A DNA stretch of 64,000 nt from Bifidobacteriaceae bacterium (GTDB lineage Bacteria > Actinomycetota > Actinomycetes > Actinomycetales > WQXJ01): assembly GCA_031272885.1 (NCBI GenBank), contig JAISSX010000008.1, positions 782 to 64,781 on the forward strand, given 5' to 3'. A program made the translations under genes and the position numbers. Below are positions 8,140 to 17,734 of the stretch, piece by piece. The first letter of the stretch is position 1. Every line of letters begins with the position of its first letter. The notes below the pieces were generated by a model. The model was not told the origin of the DNA. It was given only the letters and a program-made list of their open reading frames with translations, and did not search any database.

Positions 8140-11100
8140 CTAGTCGCGCTGGCGTTGGCGGTGGCAGCGGGCGGCCAGGGCCACCAGGCCGAAGGCCGCC
8201 AGCGCCAGGTGGCCGGCCGGGCTGCCCGTGATGGGCAGCCGGGCGCCTGGGACGGGCGAAGTGGGCGCCCCAGGCGACCGGACTGCGCTGGAGCCGCCGC
8301 CCGACGGGACCGACGGCGGCGGCGGGGTGACCCCGCCCTGGTTGGGTGGGGGAGTAGTGCCTGGCGGCGTGTTCGATGAGACCGGTGGTGAGACCGGTGG
8401 TGAGACCGGTGGTGAGACCGGTGTTGAGACCGGTGGTGAAGGCGGCTGGGTGGGCGGTTCCGGCACCGCCACGTGCGCCGCCGCCGCGGTCGATTCCATG
8501 GCGCCCAGCCAGAACTGGCTGGCCGGCTGGCGGCCGGTCAGGGCGGCCGAACTCCACGCCACGCCCCAATCACCCGGGGCCGCCCTCAGCACGGGGTGGG
8601 TCGCAGGCACCTCGGCCTGCCATTCGACCAGCACATACTCGCCACCTTCCAAGGGCTGGCCGGCCGGCATTTCCACCACACCCCCGATGGCGTGCACGGC
8701 CGGCCCGTCGCCCGCCCCGAAGCCCTGGCAGGTCAGCGTGCCGTGCCCACCCGTGGCGTCGGCGAAGCGGCAGGCGTCATCGACCGGTGAATAGTCGAAG
8801 CCGACCACGGCGTCATCACGCCCGCCCTCGCCGGTGACCAGGCGCAGCGAGCCGGTCACCCAGCCCGCCTGCCAGGCCGAGGCCGGTCCGCCCACCATGA
8901 CGGTGCCGGAATGACCTGCCACGGGCAGTTCGTTCACCCAGCGCAGGGCCCCCAGGGGTTCGTTGCCAGCGTTGAACAGCTTCAGGCGATAGGTCAGCCT
9001 GTCACCGGGCGCGGCCTCGATGGCGCAGTCGCCCTCGGCCCAGGTGCCGTCCCAGGCACCGGGGGCAGCGCAGGCGCCCGGCGCCACCTCGAACGTCTCG
9101 GGGTTCCTGCCACCAGCACTGCCACCGGCACCGCCACCAGCCAGCGCCACCCGCTGCTCCGCCCGCACCCCCGAAGCCCGCAACACGGTGACGGTGACAT
9201 CGGCCCCGGCCAGGCACGCGCCATCGGGCGGATCGACCGAGGCGTCACAGGGGGACAGGCCACCCCCGGCCCCAGAAGCCACCAGGCGGACAGGGTTGCG
9301 GATAACCGAACCGGCCGCGACGCCATCGGCCACCCGCAGCGGCAACCGGATCACCAGACGGTCACCGGGTGCGATCTCAGGCAACTGCGGCCCCCACCGC
9401 CAAAGAAGATCCCCGCTGGGCTCCACCGTCAATGACGGGTCGGACCAGTGGCTGGCGGGTGGCTCCGGCGGCTGGTGCACCACCGCCCAGCGGGCACCAG
9501 CCCCGGCGGCGGCGTCGTAGATCAACTCTGGCGGCAGATTGTCCGTCAGCGACTCCAAGCGGAGGTTGGCCGAAGCGCCGCCGCCATTGCGCACCACCAC
9601 ATAGAAGGGCACGGTGGCGCCAGGGTTGGCGAACACCGCAGTGGAACCGGTGTCCGCCACCGCGTTGTAGTCCTTGACGTACAGTGCCACCTGTGGCCTG
9701 GCCTCACCCTGGGCGTAGGCCATCTGGGCGTACGTCATCTCCATGGCCGCCCACCGGCCCGGATCGGTGGCCAGCCAGGTGGCCGCGGACATGGTCTGTG
9801 GCACCACCCACGGCCAGGCCGGGCGCCAAGTGTCGCCCGGTGACCGCCTGGTCGAATTGACCCGCTGGTAGGTGCGTTGCACCGTCTTGACGGTCAGCCG
9901 CATGCTCGACCCTCGCCCCAGCCGGCCGGACTGGGGTTCGATTTTCAGCCGCAGGCCCATGACGTGGGCCGCCACCGCCGGGTCCAGCGGGAGGTTGACC
10001 GCCTGGTTGGTGGCCGGCAGTGTCAGGGTGGAACTGTGCCAGGTGCCGTTGTCGAGGCGCAGCCACAGCGTCGCGGTGACGGGTCCCGGTGCCGTACCGC
10101 CCACGCCGGGCCGGCTGGCCTGGACCGACAACTCGGTGACGTCGAAGGTGTCGAACAGGCTGCCTGTCGCGGGGCCGAGGTAGCCGGCCGGGTCGCGCTC
10201 CGCCGCCCAATCGTCCAGTGAACCCAGCAGCACCATGTCCGAGGTCAAGTACAGCCCGTCAACCATGGCGTTGCCGGCATTGTGGGCGTTGAACTGCCAC
10301 TCGACCCGCGGAAACAGGTCCCGCTGCAGCCCGGTGCTGGTACCGGCCTGGGCCGTGGCCGATACTCCCACCGACCGCGACGCGACCGCCACGGTGGCCG
10401 GGCCCAAGGTCAGCGGCGCGGCCTGCAACAGCGGCGCGCGGCGGAACCCGGCCACTTCGGCGGAGGCCTGGAAGTTGTAGGGGCCATCGATCGGATCGCC
10501 GCCCTGCAGCGTGGCCACCGGGCCGCCGCCCGCCACCGGGAAGGTGTGACCGGCCCGCACCCTGTCACGCAGCGTCGTGTTCACCGCCAACTGGGTCTGG
10601 TCCTGCCGGTCCGGGTTGGCCAGGCCCACCTGCCCGCTGCCGTTCGGGTTCAGCCACACCACTCGTACGCCCACCACGCGCGGCCACAGCGACGGGTTGG
10701 GGTTCAGGTCATCGGGCCTTTCGTTGCAGGTCAGCGCCACGGTGCGTTCCGAACCGTCATCGAGGGTGTAGATGATGGAACCCGGTAGCAGGACCGCCCC
10801 GGAGCCGGGGGCGTAGGGCTCGCCAATCGCCGGATCGGCCTTGAACGGGCAGGTGTAGCGCTCGATGCCGTCGAAGTCCACCACCGCGAACGGGTTGTCG
10901 CTGGTACTGCTGCCGCCCAGTTCCACGCTCAGCAGGTCCAAGCCCACTTCGACCCGGTCATCGCGGGCCAGCCACTTCTTCGCCGGGTCCGCCTCGCCCG
11001 GCACCCCTAGGGCGGTCTGGTTGCGGGCGTAGGCGGTCAGGACCGACCGGCCGCCATCGTGCGCCACCAGGCCGTCCGGCGCCAGCCAGGTCATCGAGCC

Positions 11101-14100
11101 ACCGGTGAAAACCTGGTTCGGCGCGTACACCTCATAGGTGGCAAACAGCGGTCCCACGGGCGCGCCGTCGAAGGTGGTCATGGGCGTGAAACTGGTGCCG
11201 TCGGCCGAAACTTCGCCCTCAATGTAGTTGCGGTAGCCGATGCCGTCCGGGCTGCCATCGATGTTCTGGCCGCTGGGTGTGCGGTCCCGCAGCCGGCCCG
11301 CCACGTCAACCGTGAAACGGCTTCCCACCTGCAGTAACGCATCCGGATGGGCCGCCCGCCGCAGGGTGGCCCGCACCTGGTTGACATCCGCCAGGTTGAC
11401 CGTGCCGAGGTCCGGTTGCCACTGCCCGATGTCGCGCCGCACCCCCGTCACGGCGGCCCAGGCCGGGTCGCCCGGGTTTTCCACCTGGGCCGGCGTCAGG
11501 CCTTCGTTGCCGGTGGCGACGGTGCCGGTGGCGAGAAGCCGGCCGGCGTCATCGAACAGTTCCACCGTCAAGGCCTGATCCGGCCCCAAGGTGACCGAAC
11601 CGGCCCCGGTGAACTCGAAGACCTCCCAGGAGTCCGGCTGGGTGGGGTCGCGCCTCACGCCGCCATCGGTCACCCGGATGGCCTTGGCGACGGCATCGGT
11701 GGACACCCCCACCACGGTGAAGGCGGTGGGGGCGCCAGACTGGGCCAGGCCATACTTGGCCGCACCGGCGGCGAAGTCCTTGCCCAGGGCACCCAGGCGG
11801 GCGTCGATCAGGTACAACTCGTCCGAGGCTTCGGCCGTCAGCGGGCTGGGCCCGTCCGCCGTCACCCGGCCCAGGTTGCCCACCGCCAGCAGCAGGCTGC
11901 CCGGCGGGTCGCCCAGGTCTGGTGTCACCTCGACCGCTGGGTCTGACAGCAAGTGGCTGCGGAACATGACCTCGGCCCCGGCCACATCACAGACCAAGTC
12001 AGGTCCAAACGCCTTGGCGCCTTCCGGAAAGACGTGAACCTGGAAGCCGACCACTTTGGAGGCGTCCATATAGGGCTGCCACTGCACCTCAGTGACGTCA
12101 ACCCCGTCCCAAACCCAGGCCGTGGTGGACCACTGCACCGACCGGGGGGCGGTGCCGTCCTCGCAACTGACCCAGTCCGGCAGTGCGGTCAGTTGGATCG
12201 CGTCGAACGGGCTGCCGGCCAGCGCCGCGGCGTCGGTGGGCGGTGTGGCGGGGTCCGACAAGACAAACCCCATCAGGCCAAACGGGTCGCCGCCCGGCTT
12301 GCCACGGGTCAGCACGTCGAAATCCAAGGTGTGGTGGTTGTAGACAGCGCCTCCACCCGGCAGCCAGCGATCCCCGGCCTGCTTGGCGCCGGTGGCCGGG
12401 TTGGTGATCAGGTTGCGCCGGCCGCCCAGGTCTTTGTCCATGTCAAAGGTGACATCCGGTGGGATCAGGCGGACCGTAGCCTGGTTGGTGGCCGGAATCG
12501 AGACGTTGGTGCCGGAAGGGCCCTCACCTGTCACCTTGGCCACCGAGCCAACGGTGGTGGTGGAGGTGCCCCCCAGGATGGCGCCGGTGTACCGGTGCGT
12601 ATCGCGCAGCATCAGCGGCACCGCCAGGTAACCGGCCTCGAGGCAGGTGGTCAGGTCGGCCGAGTTCGGGTCGCAGGCCGAGGTGCCCATGGCGCCGGTG
12701 AACTCCACCATCAGGCCCACCACGTCTTCCAGGTTGGGCAACGGCTGGGGCAGGCCCGGCTCGGTCAAGGAGGTCTGGCCGCAGGCCATGGCCTGGCCCA
12801 TGTTCAGACAGATATAGGTCAGGGTGGCGCCTTTGGCGCCGACCGGGAACAAGATCAGCGGGGGGCCCACCATGTCGAAGTAGTCGAATGGGTTGGGGCT
12901 GCCCGGCGCGGGGTAGGTCAGGGTGATGCGCTGCAGTTCACCCCCCGTATTGGCCACCGCCAACGTGTTGGTCGAGGTCTCACCCGAACCATAGACCGAG
13001 GCCGCGTTGCCGCTGGCCGTGCGCCAGGTGTTGGAGGTGGCCAGGCTGGCAGCCGGCAACTGCACCTGGATGGAGACGTCTGCCGTCTCGGTGCCACTGA
13101 CCGCCCCTTGGCCGCCACCCGGGATGCGGGCCTGAGCCTCGGCCAGTGCGGCGACGTTGATGGCGGGGCTGCCCGATGGCGGGATGGTCTCGTTTGGCTG
13201 GTCCCGCCAAGTGTCCCGCAGCGTGCCGGTGACACTCAGCCTGATAGTGCGGGCGGCCTCGTTGGTGGGGTTGCCGGCGGCATCGGTGGTGACCGCCGGC
13301 AGGCCCTGGATGACGGCTTCGATCGACTCAACGGCCCCCGGCGGGGGGATGGTGCAGGTCAGTTGGCCAGTGGGCAGGTCGCAGCGGTGTGGGGTACCAC
13401 CCGCCAGGGTCAGGTGCACGATGGCGCCGCCGGGGTTGGTATCCAGGCTCACCTCGGTCAGGTCGAAGGCCGCGAAGAAGCCGGTGGTGCCGGTGGCTGC
13501 GGGCAGGTCAACGGTCAGTTCGGCCGCGGCGTTGGCCGTTACCAGGGCGGTCACGTCAAAGGTGGCCTGGCCGCCGCTGCCGCCGATCAGGTTGGCCGGG
13601 CGCCAGGCAGCCTGTCTGATGGCCACATCGACCGAAGGCGGAATGTCCAACGTGACATCGGCGGTCCGTTCCAGCCGAACCGGGTCGAAGCCGGCCAGGC
13701 CTGGGGCTTCCATGACGGCGGTGGCGGCGCGGGTCTGACCGTTCGCCGTCTGGCTGGTCCAGGGCGGCACCACGGCCGGCACCAGCACCGTGGTGTTGCC
13801 GGTCGCGATGCCGTCCCACGTCACGGTGACGACTTGGCCGTTGCTGTGGACGTGCACGCCCTGGCCGGGCGGGTCATTGACGCTGCCGTCAAGGGAGACA
13901 TCCGGCGGCAGGGTGACGGTCAGGTTGCCGGCGCCGCAGCCGCCCGTGGCCAGGCAGCCCAATTGGACGCGGTAGAGGAAGCCGGTGCCGGCCGTAGCGG
14001 CGGCCAGGGGTGCCCCGGCCGCGTTCGCCACCACGCCGAAACCCAAGGTCAGCGGCAGCGGATCGGCCCCGGCCGCGGTGGGTCCGCCCACTAGGGGAAA

Positions 14101-14196
14101 CACTAGGCCGGCGGCGGCCAGACCGCCCGCCAAGACAAGGGCGGGGCGCCGGCGGATGCGGCGGGGCAGCGCGGTTGAGGTGGCACGCTTCGACAT
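8140..14196 (-). CDS. giant LPXTG cell-wall-anchored surface protein (DUF11-like beta-sandwich repeats)
   Basis: 2018 aa. N-terminal signal: MSKRATSTALPRRIRRRPALVLAGGLAAAGLVFPLVGGPTAAGA. DUF11-like segments include GDRLTYRLKLFNAGNEPL and FYVVVRNGGGASANLRLESLTDNLP. A Pro-rich stalk (PVSP repeats) precedes the C-terminal sorting signal: LPITG, a hydrophobic helix, then RCHRQRQRD. Confidence 0.85.
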   Translation of the reverse strand: MSKRATSTALPRRIRRRPALVLAGGLAAAGLVFPLVGGPTAAGADPLPLTLGFGVVANAAGAPLAAATAGTGFLYRVQLGCLATGGCGAGNLTVTLPPDVSLDGSVNDPPGQGVHVHSNGQVVTVTWDGIATGNTTVLVPAVVPPWTSQTANGQTRAATAVMEAPGLAGFDPVRLERTADVTLDIPPSVDVAIRQAAWRPANLIGGSGGQATFDVTALVTANAAAELTVDLPAATGTTGFFAAFDLTEVSLDTNPGGAIVHLTLAGGTPHRCDLPTGQLTCTIPPPGAVESIEAVIQGLPAVTTDAAGNPTNEAARTIRLSVTGTLRDTWRDQPNETIPPSGSPAINVAALAEAQARIPGGGQGAVSGTETADVSIQVQLPAASLATSNTWRTASGNAASVYGSGETSTNTLAVANTGGELQRITLTYPAPGSPNPFDYFDMVGPPLILFPVGAKGATLTYICLNMGQAMACGQTSLTEPGLPQPLPNLEDVVGLMVEFTGAMGTSACDPNSADLTTCLEAGYLAVPLMLRDTHRYTGAILGGTSTTTVGSVAKVTGEGPSGTNVSIPATNQATVRLIPPDVTFDMDKDLGGRRNLITNPATGAKQAGDRWLPGGGAVYNHHTLDFDVLTRGKPGGDPFGLMGFVLSDPATPPTDAAALAGSPFDAIQLTALPDWVSCEDGTAPRSVQWSTTAWVWDGVDVTEVQWQPYMDASKVVGFQVHVFPEGAKAFGPDLVCDVAGAEVMFRSHLLSDPAVEVTPDLGDPPGSLLLAVGNLGRVTADGPSPLTAEASDELYLIDARLGALGKDFAAGAAKYGLAQSGAPTAFTVVGVSTDAVAKAIRVTDGGVRRDPTQPDSWEVFEFTGAGSVTLGPDQALTVELFDDAGRLLATGTVATGNEGLTPAQVENPGDPAWAAVTGVRRDIGQWQPDLGTVNLADVNQVRATLRRAAHPDALLQVGSRFTVDVAGRLRDRTPSGQNIDGSPDGIGYRNYIEGEVSADGTSFTPMTTFDGAPVGPLFATYEVYAPNQVFTGGSMTWLAPDGLVAHDGGRSVLTAYARNQTALGVPGEADPAKKWLARDDRVEVGLDLLSVELGGSSTSDNPFAVVDFDGIERYTCPFKADPAIGEPYAPGSGAVLLPGSIIYTLDDGSERTVALTCNERPDDLNPNPSLWPRVVGVRVVWLNPNGSGQVGLANPDRQDQTQLAVNTTLRDRVRAGHTFPVAGGGPVATLQGGDPIDGPYNFQASAEVAGFRRAPLLQAAPLTLGPATVAVASRSVGVSATAQAGTSTGLQRDLFPRVEWQFNAHNAGNAMVDGLYLTSDMVLLGSLDDWAAERDPAGYLGPATGSLFDTFDVTELSVQASRPGVGGTAPGPVTATLWLRLDNGTWHSSTLTLPATNQAVNLPLDPAVAAHVMGLRLKIEPQSGRLGRGSSMRLTVKTVQRTYQRVNSTRRSPGDTWRPAWPWVVPQTMSAATWLATDPGRWAAMEMTYAQMAYAQGEARPQVALYVKDYNAVADTGSTAVFANPGATVPFYVVVRNGGGASANLRLESLTDNLPPELIYDAAAGAGARWAVVHQPPEPPASHWSDPSLTVEPSGDLLWRWGPQLPEIAPGDRLVIRLPLRVADGVAAGSVIRNPVRLVASGAGGGLSPCDASVDPPDGACLAGADVTVTVLRASGVRAEQRVALAGGGAGGSAGGRNPETFEVAPGACAAPGAWDGTWAEGDCAIEAAPGDRLTYRLKLFNAGNEPLGALRWVNELPVAGHSGTVMVGGPASAWQAGWVTGSLRLVTGEGGRDDAVVGFDYSPVDDACRFADATGGHGTLTCQGFGAGDGPAVHAIGGVVEMPAGQPLEGGEYVLVEWQAEVPATHPVLRAAPGDWGVAWSSAALTGRQPASQFWLGAMESTAAAAHVAVPEPPTQPPSPPVSTPVSPPVSPPVSPPVSSNTPPGTTPPPNQGGVTPPPPSVPSGGGSSAVRSPGAPTSPVPGARLPITGSPAGHLALAAFGLVALAARCHRQRQRD
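8378..8437. repeat. 12-bp tandem repeat, 5 copies, inside the 2018-aa gene (encodes the PVSP stalk)
   Basis: GAGACCGGTGGT repeated five times, with one T substitution in copy 4. Confidence 0.9.
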
Positions 14197-14276
14197 GGAA
14201 ACCTCTCACCGGGGCTGGTCGAAGGGGCCATTGCCTACTGTAACCCGGCGCGGTCCGCGCCGGGTAGGTTTGGACT

Positions 14277-15107
14277 GTGACGGATCAGCGCGTGCGCCTT
14301 GACCTGGCCTATGACGGCACCGACTTTCACGGCTGGGCGGTGCAACCGGGCCTGCGCACCGTTCAAGGCGTGCTGGAAGAGGCCCTGGCCCGCGTGACAC
14401 GAATCACGGTGCCGGTGGCCGTGGCGGGGCGCACCGACACCGGGGTGCATGCTCGCGGCCAGGTGGCGCAGGTGGACCTGCCGGCAGAGGTCTGGGCCGG
14501 GTTGCCTGGCCGCTCCGGCCGCAGCCCAGAGCATGCTCTGGCCAGCCGGCTGAATGGTGTTCTGCCGCCCGATTGCCGGGTGTTGGCGGTCAGCCCGGCA
14601 GTGCCCGGCTTCGATGTCCGGTTCAGTGCTCTGTGGCGGCGCTATTGTTACCGAATTGCCGACAGGCGCGGTGCCTTTGACCCGTTGACCAGGCGATTCA
14701 CCTGGTGGGCCCCGAGCATGCTTAACGCCGGTGCCATGGCCGAGGCGGCTGCTCCGCTGCTCGGTGAGCACGACTTCCTGCCGTTCTGCCGCCCGCGCGA
14801 AGGCGCGAGCACGGTGCGCACGCTACAGGAACTGTCGCTGCAGCGCCCGGCCCCCGGACGGATCGAGCTGTGGGTCCAGGCGGACGCCTTCTGTCACCAC
14901 ATGGTGCGTGCCCTGGTGGGCGCCTTGGTGGCGGTAGGGGCGGGACGCCGGCCGGTGACCTGGCCGGGTCAGGTGCTGGCGGCCGGCGTCAACGACCCGG
15001 CCGTGACCGTGCTGCCGGCCGTCGGCCTGACCCTGGAGCAGGTGGCCTACCCGCCCGATGGCGAACTGGCCGCGCAAGCGGCCAAGGCCCGCACCTTCCG
15101 GGGTTAG
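14277..15107 (+). CDS. truA: tRNA pseudouridine(38-40) synthase TruA
   Basis: 276 aa, GTG start. RLDLAYDGTDFHGWAVQPGLRTVQG and the catalytic AGRTDTGVHARGQV motif. Confidence 0.9.
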   Translation: MTDQRVRLDLAYDGTDFHGWAVQPGLRTVQGVLEEALARVTRITVPVAVAGRTDTGVHARGQVAQVDLPAEVWAGLPGRSGRSPEHALASRLNGVLPPDCRVLAVSPAVPGFDVRFSALWRRYCYRIADRRGAFDPLTRRFTWWAPSMLNAGAMAEAAAPLLGEHDFLPFCRPREGASTVRTLQELSLQRPAPGRIELWVQADAFCHHMVRALVGALVAVGAGRRPVTWPGQVLAAGVNDPAVTVLPAVGLTLEQVAYPPDGELAAQAAKARTFRG

Positions 15108-16504
15108 GCCCCAGGTTCAGGGCCCCCAGACCCGCCCTCGGCCTCAAGGAAGGCCGCCAGTTCGGCATCGAAAGCGGCGTCGGCCTGGCGGCGCTCCGGC
15201 AGACGCGACGGAAACTGTTCCGGCTGATCCAGGTCTTCGGACAGGGGCAGCAGGTCCGGGTGGCCCCACACCGCCTCCCGTTCCACCTGGCCCAACTGAT
15301 CGGCCACCGCTTCCCACAGGCGAGTCGCCTCGCGCGCCCGGCGCGGCCGCAACTCTAAACCGACCAGGGTAGTGAAGGTGTGCTCGGCCGGCCCGCCCTC
15401 CGCCCGGCGGCGCCGCATCAACTCACGCAAGGCCGCGACATCGGGCAGATTGGGCGTCAAGGCGTCCGCCACCACCACGTCGACCCAACCCTCTACCAAG
15501 GCCAAAGTGGTCTCAAGGCGGGCCAGCGCACTCTGCTGCGCCGGCGACAAGTCCGGTTCGAAGACGCCGCTGGACAGGGCCTGGCGCAGCGAAGACGGAT
15601 CCTGCGGGTTGATGTCCCGCACGGCCTCCTCCAACCGGTCCAGGTCGATCGAGATGCCGGCGGCGTAGGCTTCCACGGCCCCGAACAGGTGATCCGCCAG
15701 CCAGGGGACGTGCGTGAACAGGCGGGCGTGGGCGGCCTCGCGGGCGGCCAGGAACAGGCGCACCTCGTCGGCCGGCAGGCCCGTGCCCTCGGTGAAGGCC
15801 GCCACCGAACTGGGCAGCAGCGCCGTCACGCCCCGCCCGCCCATTGGCAGGCCGTTGTCGGTGAAACCGAACACCTCGCGCGCCAGTTGGCCGATCGCCT
15901 GGCCAAGCTGCATGCCGAACATGCCTCCGGCTATGCCCTGCACCATGTTGGTGGCGCCGGCCATCGCCTCACCCAAGCCGGGGTGCTCTTCTTGTTGTTT
16001 GGTGATGACCTGGGTCATGGCTTGTTTCATTGACTTGGCCACCGGCGTGGTGATGGCCTGCCACTGCGGCAGGGCCGCCTCCACCCATTGGGCGGCCGAA
16101 AGGGCCCGGGCCGGCCCGCCCGCGCGGCTCAACTCGGTGGCCCGGTCCAGCCACAGTTCGGCCAGGTTGAGGGCTTCCGTGACGGCCCGGGCGGCGCTGT
16201 CCGACACCACAGGGTCCGGTCCGCCGGCGATGGCGGCCTGGCGGGCCGTGTCATGGGCCAACTCCCAGTTGACCGGCTGGTCCGAATGCGGGGCCTGCAT
16301 CACCCGGCGGATCTGCTCCACCAGGAAGCCAAGGTTGGCGGCATTGGGGGCCAGGCCGGCGGCTTCGACCACTTGGCGGGGGTCGAAGCCCTGTTCGCGG
16401 AAGGCGGCCATGGCCTCGTCCGCTTGGTCGCCGAACAGGGCCCGGAACAGTTCGACGAACTCGGGCGGCAGGTCGCCGTCATAGGGCGTAGGGTCGGTCG
16501 ACAC
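15104..16504 (-). CDS. zinc-dependent metalloprotease-like protein (DUF2342 family)
   Basis: 466 aa, GTG start with GGGAG upstream. The family was recognised from overall sequence character and from conserved synteny with the PDZ/Lon-like and UPF0182 genes (the arrangement known from Mycobacterium Rv3193c-Rv3195). Needs HMM confirmation. Confidence 0.65.
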   Translation of the reverse strand: MSTDPTPYDGDLPPEFVELFRALFGDQADEAMAAFREQGFDPRQVVEAAGLAPNAANLGFLVEQIRRVMQAPHSDQPVNWELAHDTARQAAIAGGPDPVVSDSAARAVTEALNLAELWLDRATELSRAGGPARALSAAQWVEAALPQWQAITTPVAKSMKQAMTQVITKQQEEHPGLGEAMAGATNMVQGIAGGMFGMQLGQAIGQLAREVFGFTDNGLPMGGRGVTALLPSSVAAFTEGTGLPADEVRLFLAAREAAHARLFTHVPWLADHLFGAVEAYAAGISIDLDRLEEAVRDINPQDPSSLRQALSSGVFEPDLSPAQQSALARLETTLALVEGWVDVVVADALTPNLPDVAALRELMRRRRAEGGPAEHTFTTLVGLELRPRRAREATRLWEAVADQLGQVEREAVWGHPDLLPLSEDLDQPEQFPSRLPERRQADAAFDAELAAFLEAEGGSGGPEPGA

Positions 16505-16558
16505 GGCGGGCTCCCAGCTTCAAGCGCTACGAAACAGCTAGTCTGTCCACGGTAGCAA

Positions 16559-17665
16559 GTGAAAGGGAGCGGCGTGAGCCAAGAGGAACCAAGCGGAGTG
16601 GGAGCCCCCATCACCACGCCCCCGCGCCGGCGCCTGAACCTGACCCCGCGCACCATCACCATGCTGGTCAGCGCCGTCGCCACGGTTGGCCTGGGGGCCG
16701 CCATGTTTGCCCTGCCGGTGCCGTACGTGCTGGAAACCCCCGGCCCCACCCTTGACACGCTGGGCGAACAGGACGGCGTGGTGCTGGTCCAGGTGCCGGA
16801 AGAACCAAGCCACCCCCTGACCGGGCAGCTTCTCCTGACTACAGTGGGCGCCATCGGCTCCGAGCCCGGCAGCCTCAACCTGCTGCGCCTGGTGCGCGGC
16901 TACCTCAGCGGTGACGAAGCCCTGCTGCCGTACGACGTGGTCTATGCGCCCGGCCAAACCACCGAGGAGCGAGAAGAACAGTCCGCCCAGCAGATGTCGT
17001 CCTCCCAGTACACGGCCGAGGTAGCGGCGTTGGAAGAACTGGGCTACACCGTCACCCCGGTGGTAGAAGGCATCCCTGAGGGTCACGTCCTGCAGTTGGG
17101 GGACAAGCTGCTGGCCGTCAACGGTGTCCCCATCACCGGTTACGGCCAGTTGATCGACCTGATGGACTCGCTGGAGGGCGGCAGCACCGTCACCGTCCAG
17201 GTGGAACGGGACGGCCAGACCGCCGATGTCGAGGTGGTCACCCAAGGGGGTGAGGGCGAACCGGCCCGGTTGGGTGTGGCCGTTGGGTTCGACACCCCGG
17301 TGGAGGTGACCTACGGCATCGAGAACATCGGTGGGCCCAGTGCCGGCACCATGTTCGCCCTCGCCATAATCGACAAGCTGGGTGACGAAGACCTGGCGGC
17401 GGGGAACATCGTGGCCGGCACCGGCACCATGGACGCCGACGGTTCGGTGGGCGCCATCGGCGGTATACGGCAGAAGATGATCGGGGCGGATGAGGCCGGC
17501 GCCACCCTGTTCTTGGCCCCCAAAGCGAACTGTGACGAAGTCCAAGGCCACGTGCCGGACGGCCTGCAGGTGGTCGCCATCGAGACGCTCGATGACGCGG
17601 TGGCGGCCCTTGAGGCCATGCGCGACGGTGTGGCGGGCACCCTGCCCAGTTGTGATGTGAAATAA
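16559..17665 (+). CDS. PDZ domain-containing protein with Lon-protease (S16)-like C-terminal domain (YlbL-like)
   Basis: 368 aa. N-terminal TM helix, central PDZ-like segment, and the Lon catalytic-serine motif GGPSAGTMFALAIIDKL. The GTG at 16574 (AAGGGAG upstream) is an alternative start. Confidence 0.8.
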   Translation: MKGSGVSQEEPSGVGAPITTPPRRRLNLTPRTITMLVSAVATVGLGAAMFALPVPYVLETPGPTLDTLGEQDGVVLVQVPEEPSHPLTGQLLLTTVGAIGSEPGSLNLLRLVRGYLSGDEALLPYDVVYAPGQTTEEREEQSAQQMSSSQYTAEVAALEELGYTVTPVVEGIPEGHVLQLGDKLLAVNGVPITGYGQLIDLMDSLEGGSTVTVQVERDGQTADVEVVTQGGEGEPARLGVAVGFDTPVEVTYGIENIGGPSAGTMFALAIIDKLGDEDLAAGNIVAGTGTMDADGSVGAIGGIRQKMIGADEAGATLFLAPKANCDEVQGHVPDGLQVVAIETLDDAVAALEAMRDGVAGTLPSCDVK

Positions 17666-17734
17666 CGGCAAAAGGTGGGGTCTGACGGGCGGCTTTGGTC
17701 AAGGCCTCCCAGCAAGGTGTGACACCCTTAGTGG

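Noticed and set aside
8048-8837. Several 150-190-aa ORFs in other frames over the 3' end of the giant adhesin gene.
   Set aside because: They are generated by the Pro-rich, repeat-rich stalk coding region. The translations are Arg/Pro/Gly runs, while the LPITG sorting signal fixes the true frame.
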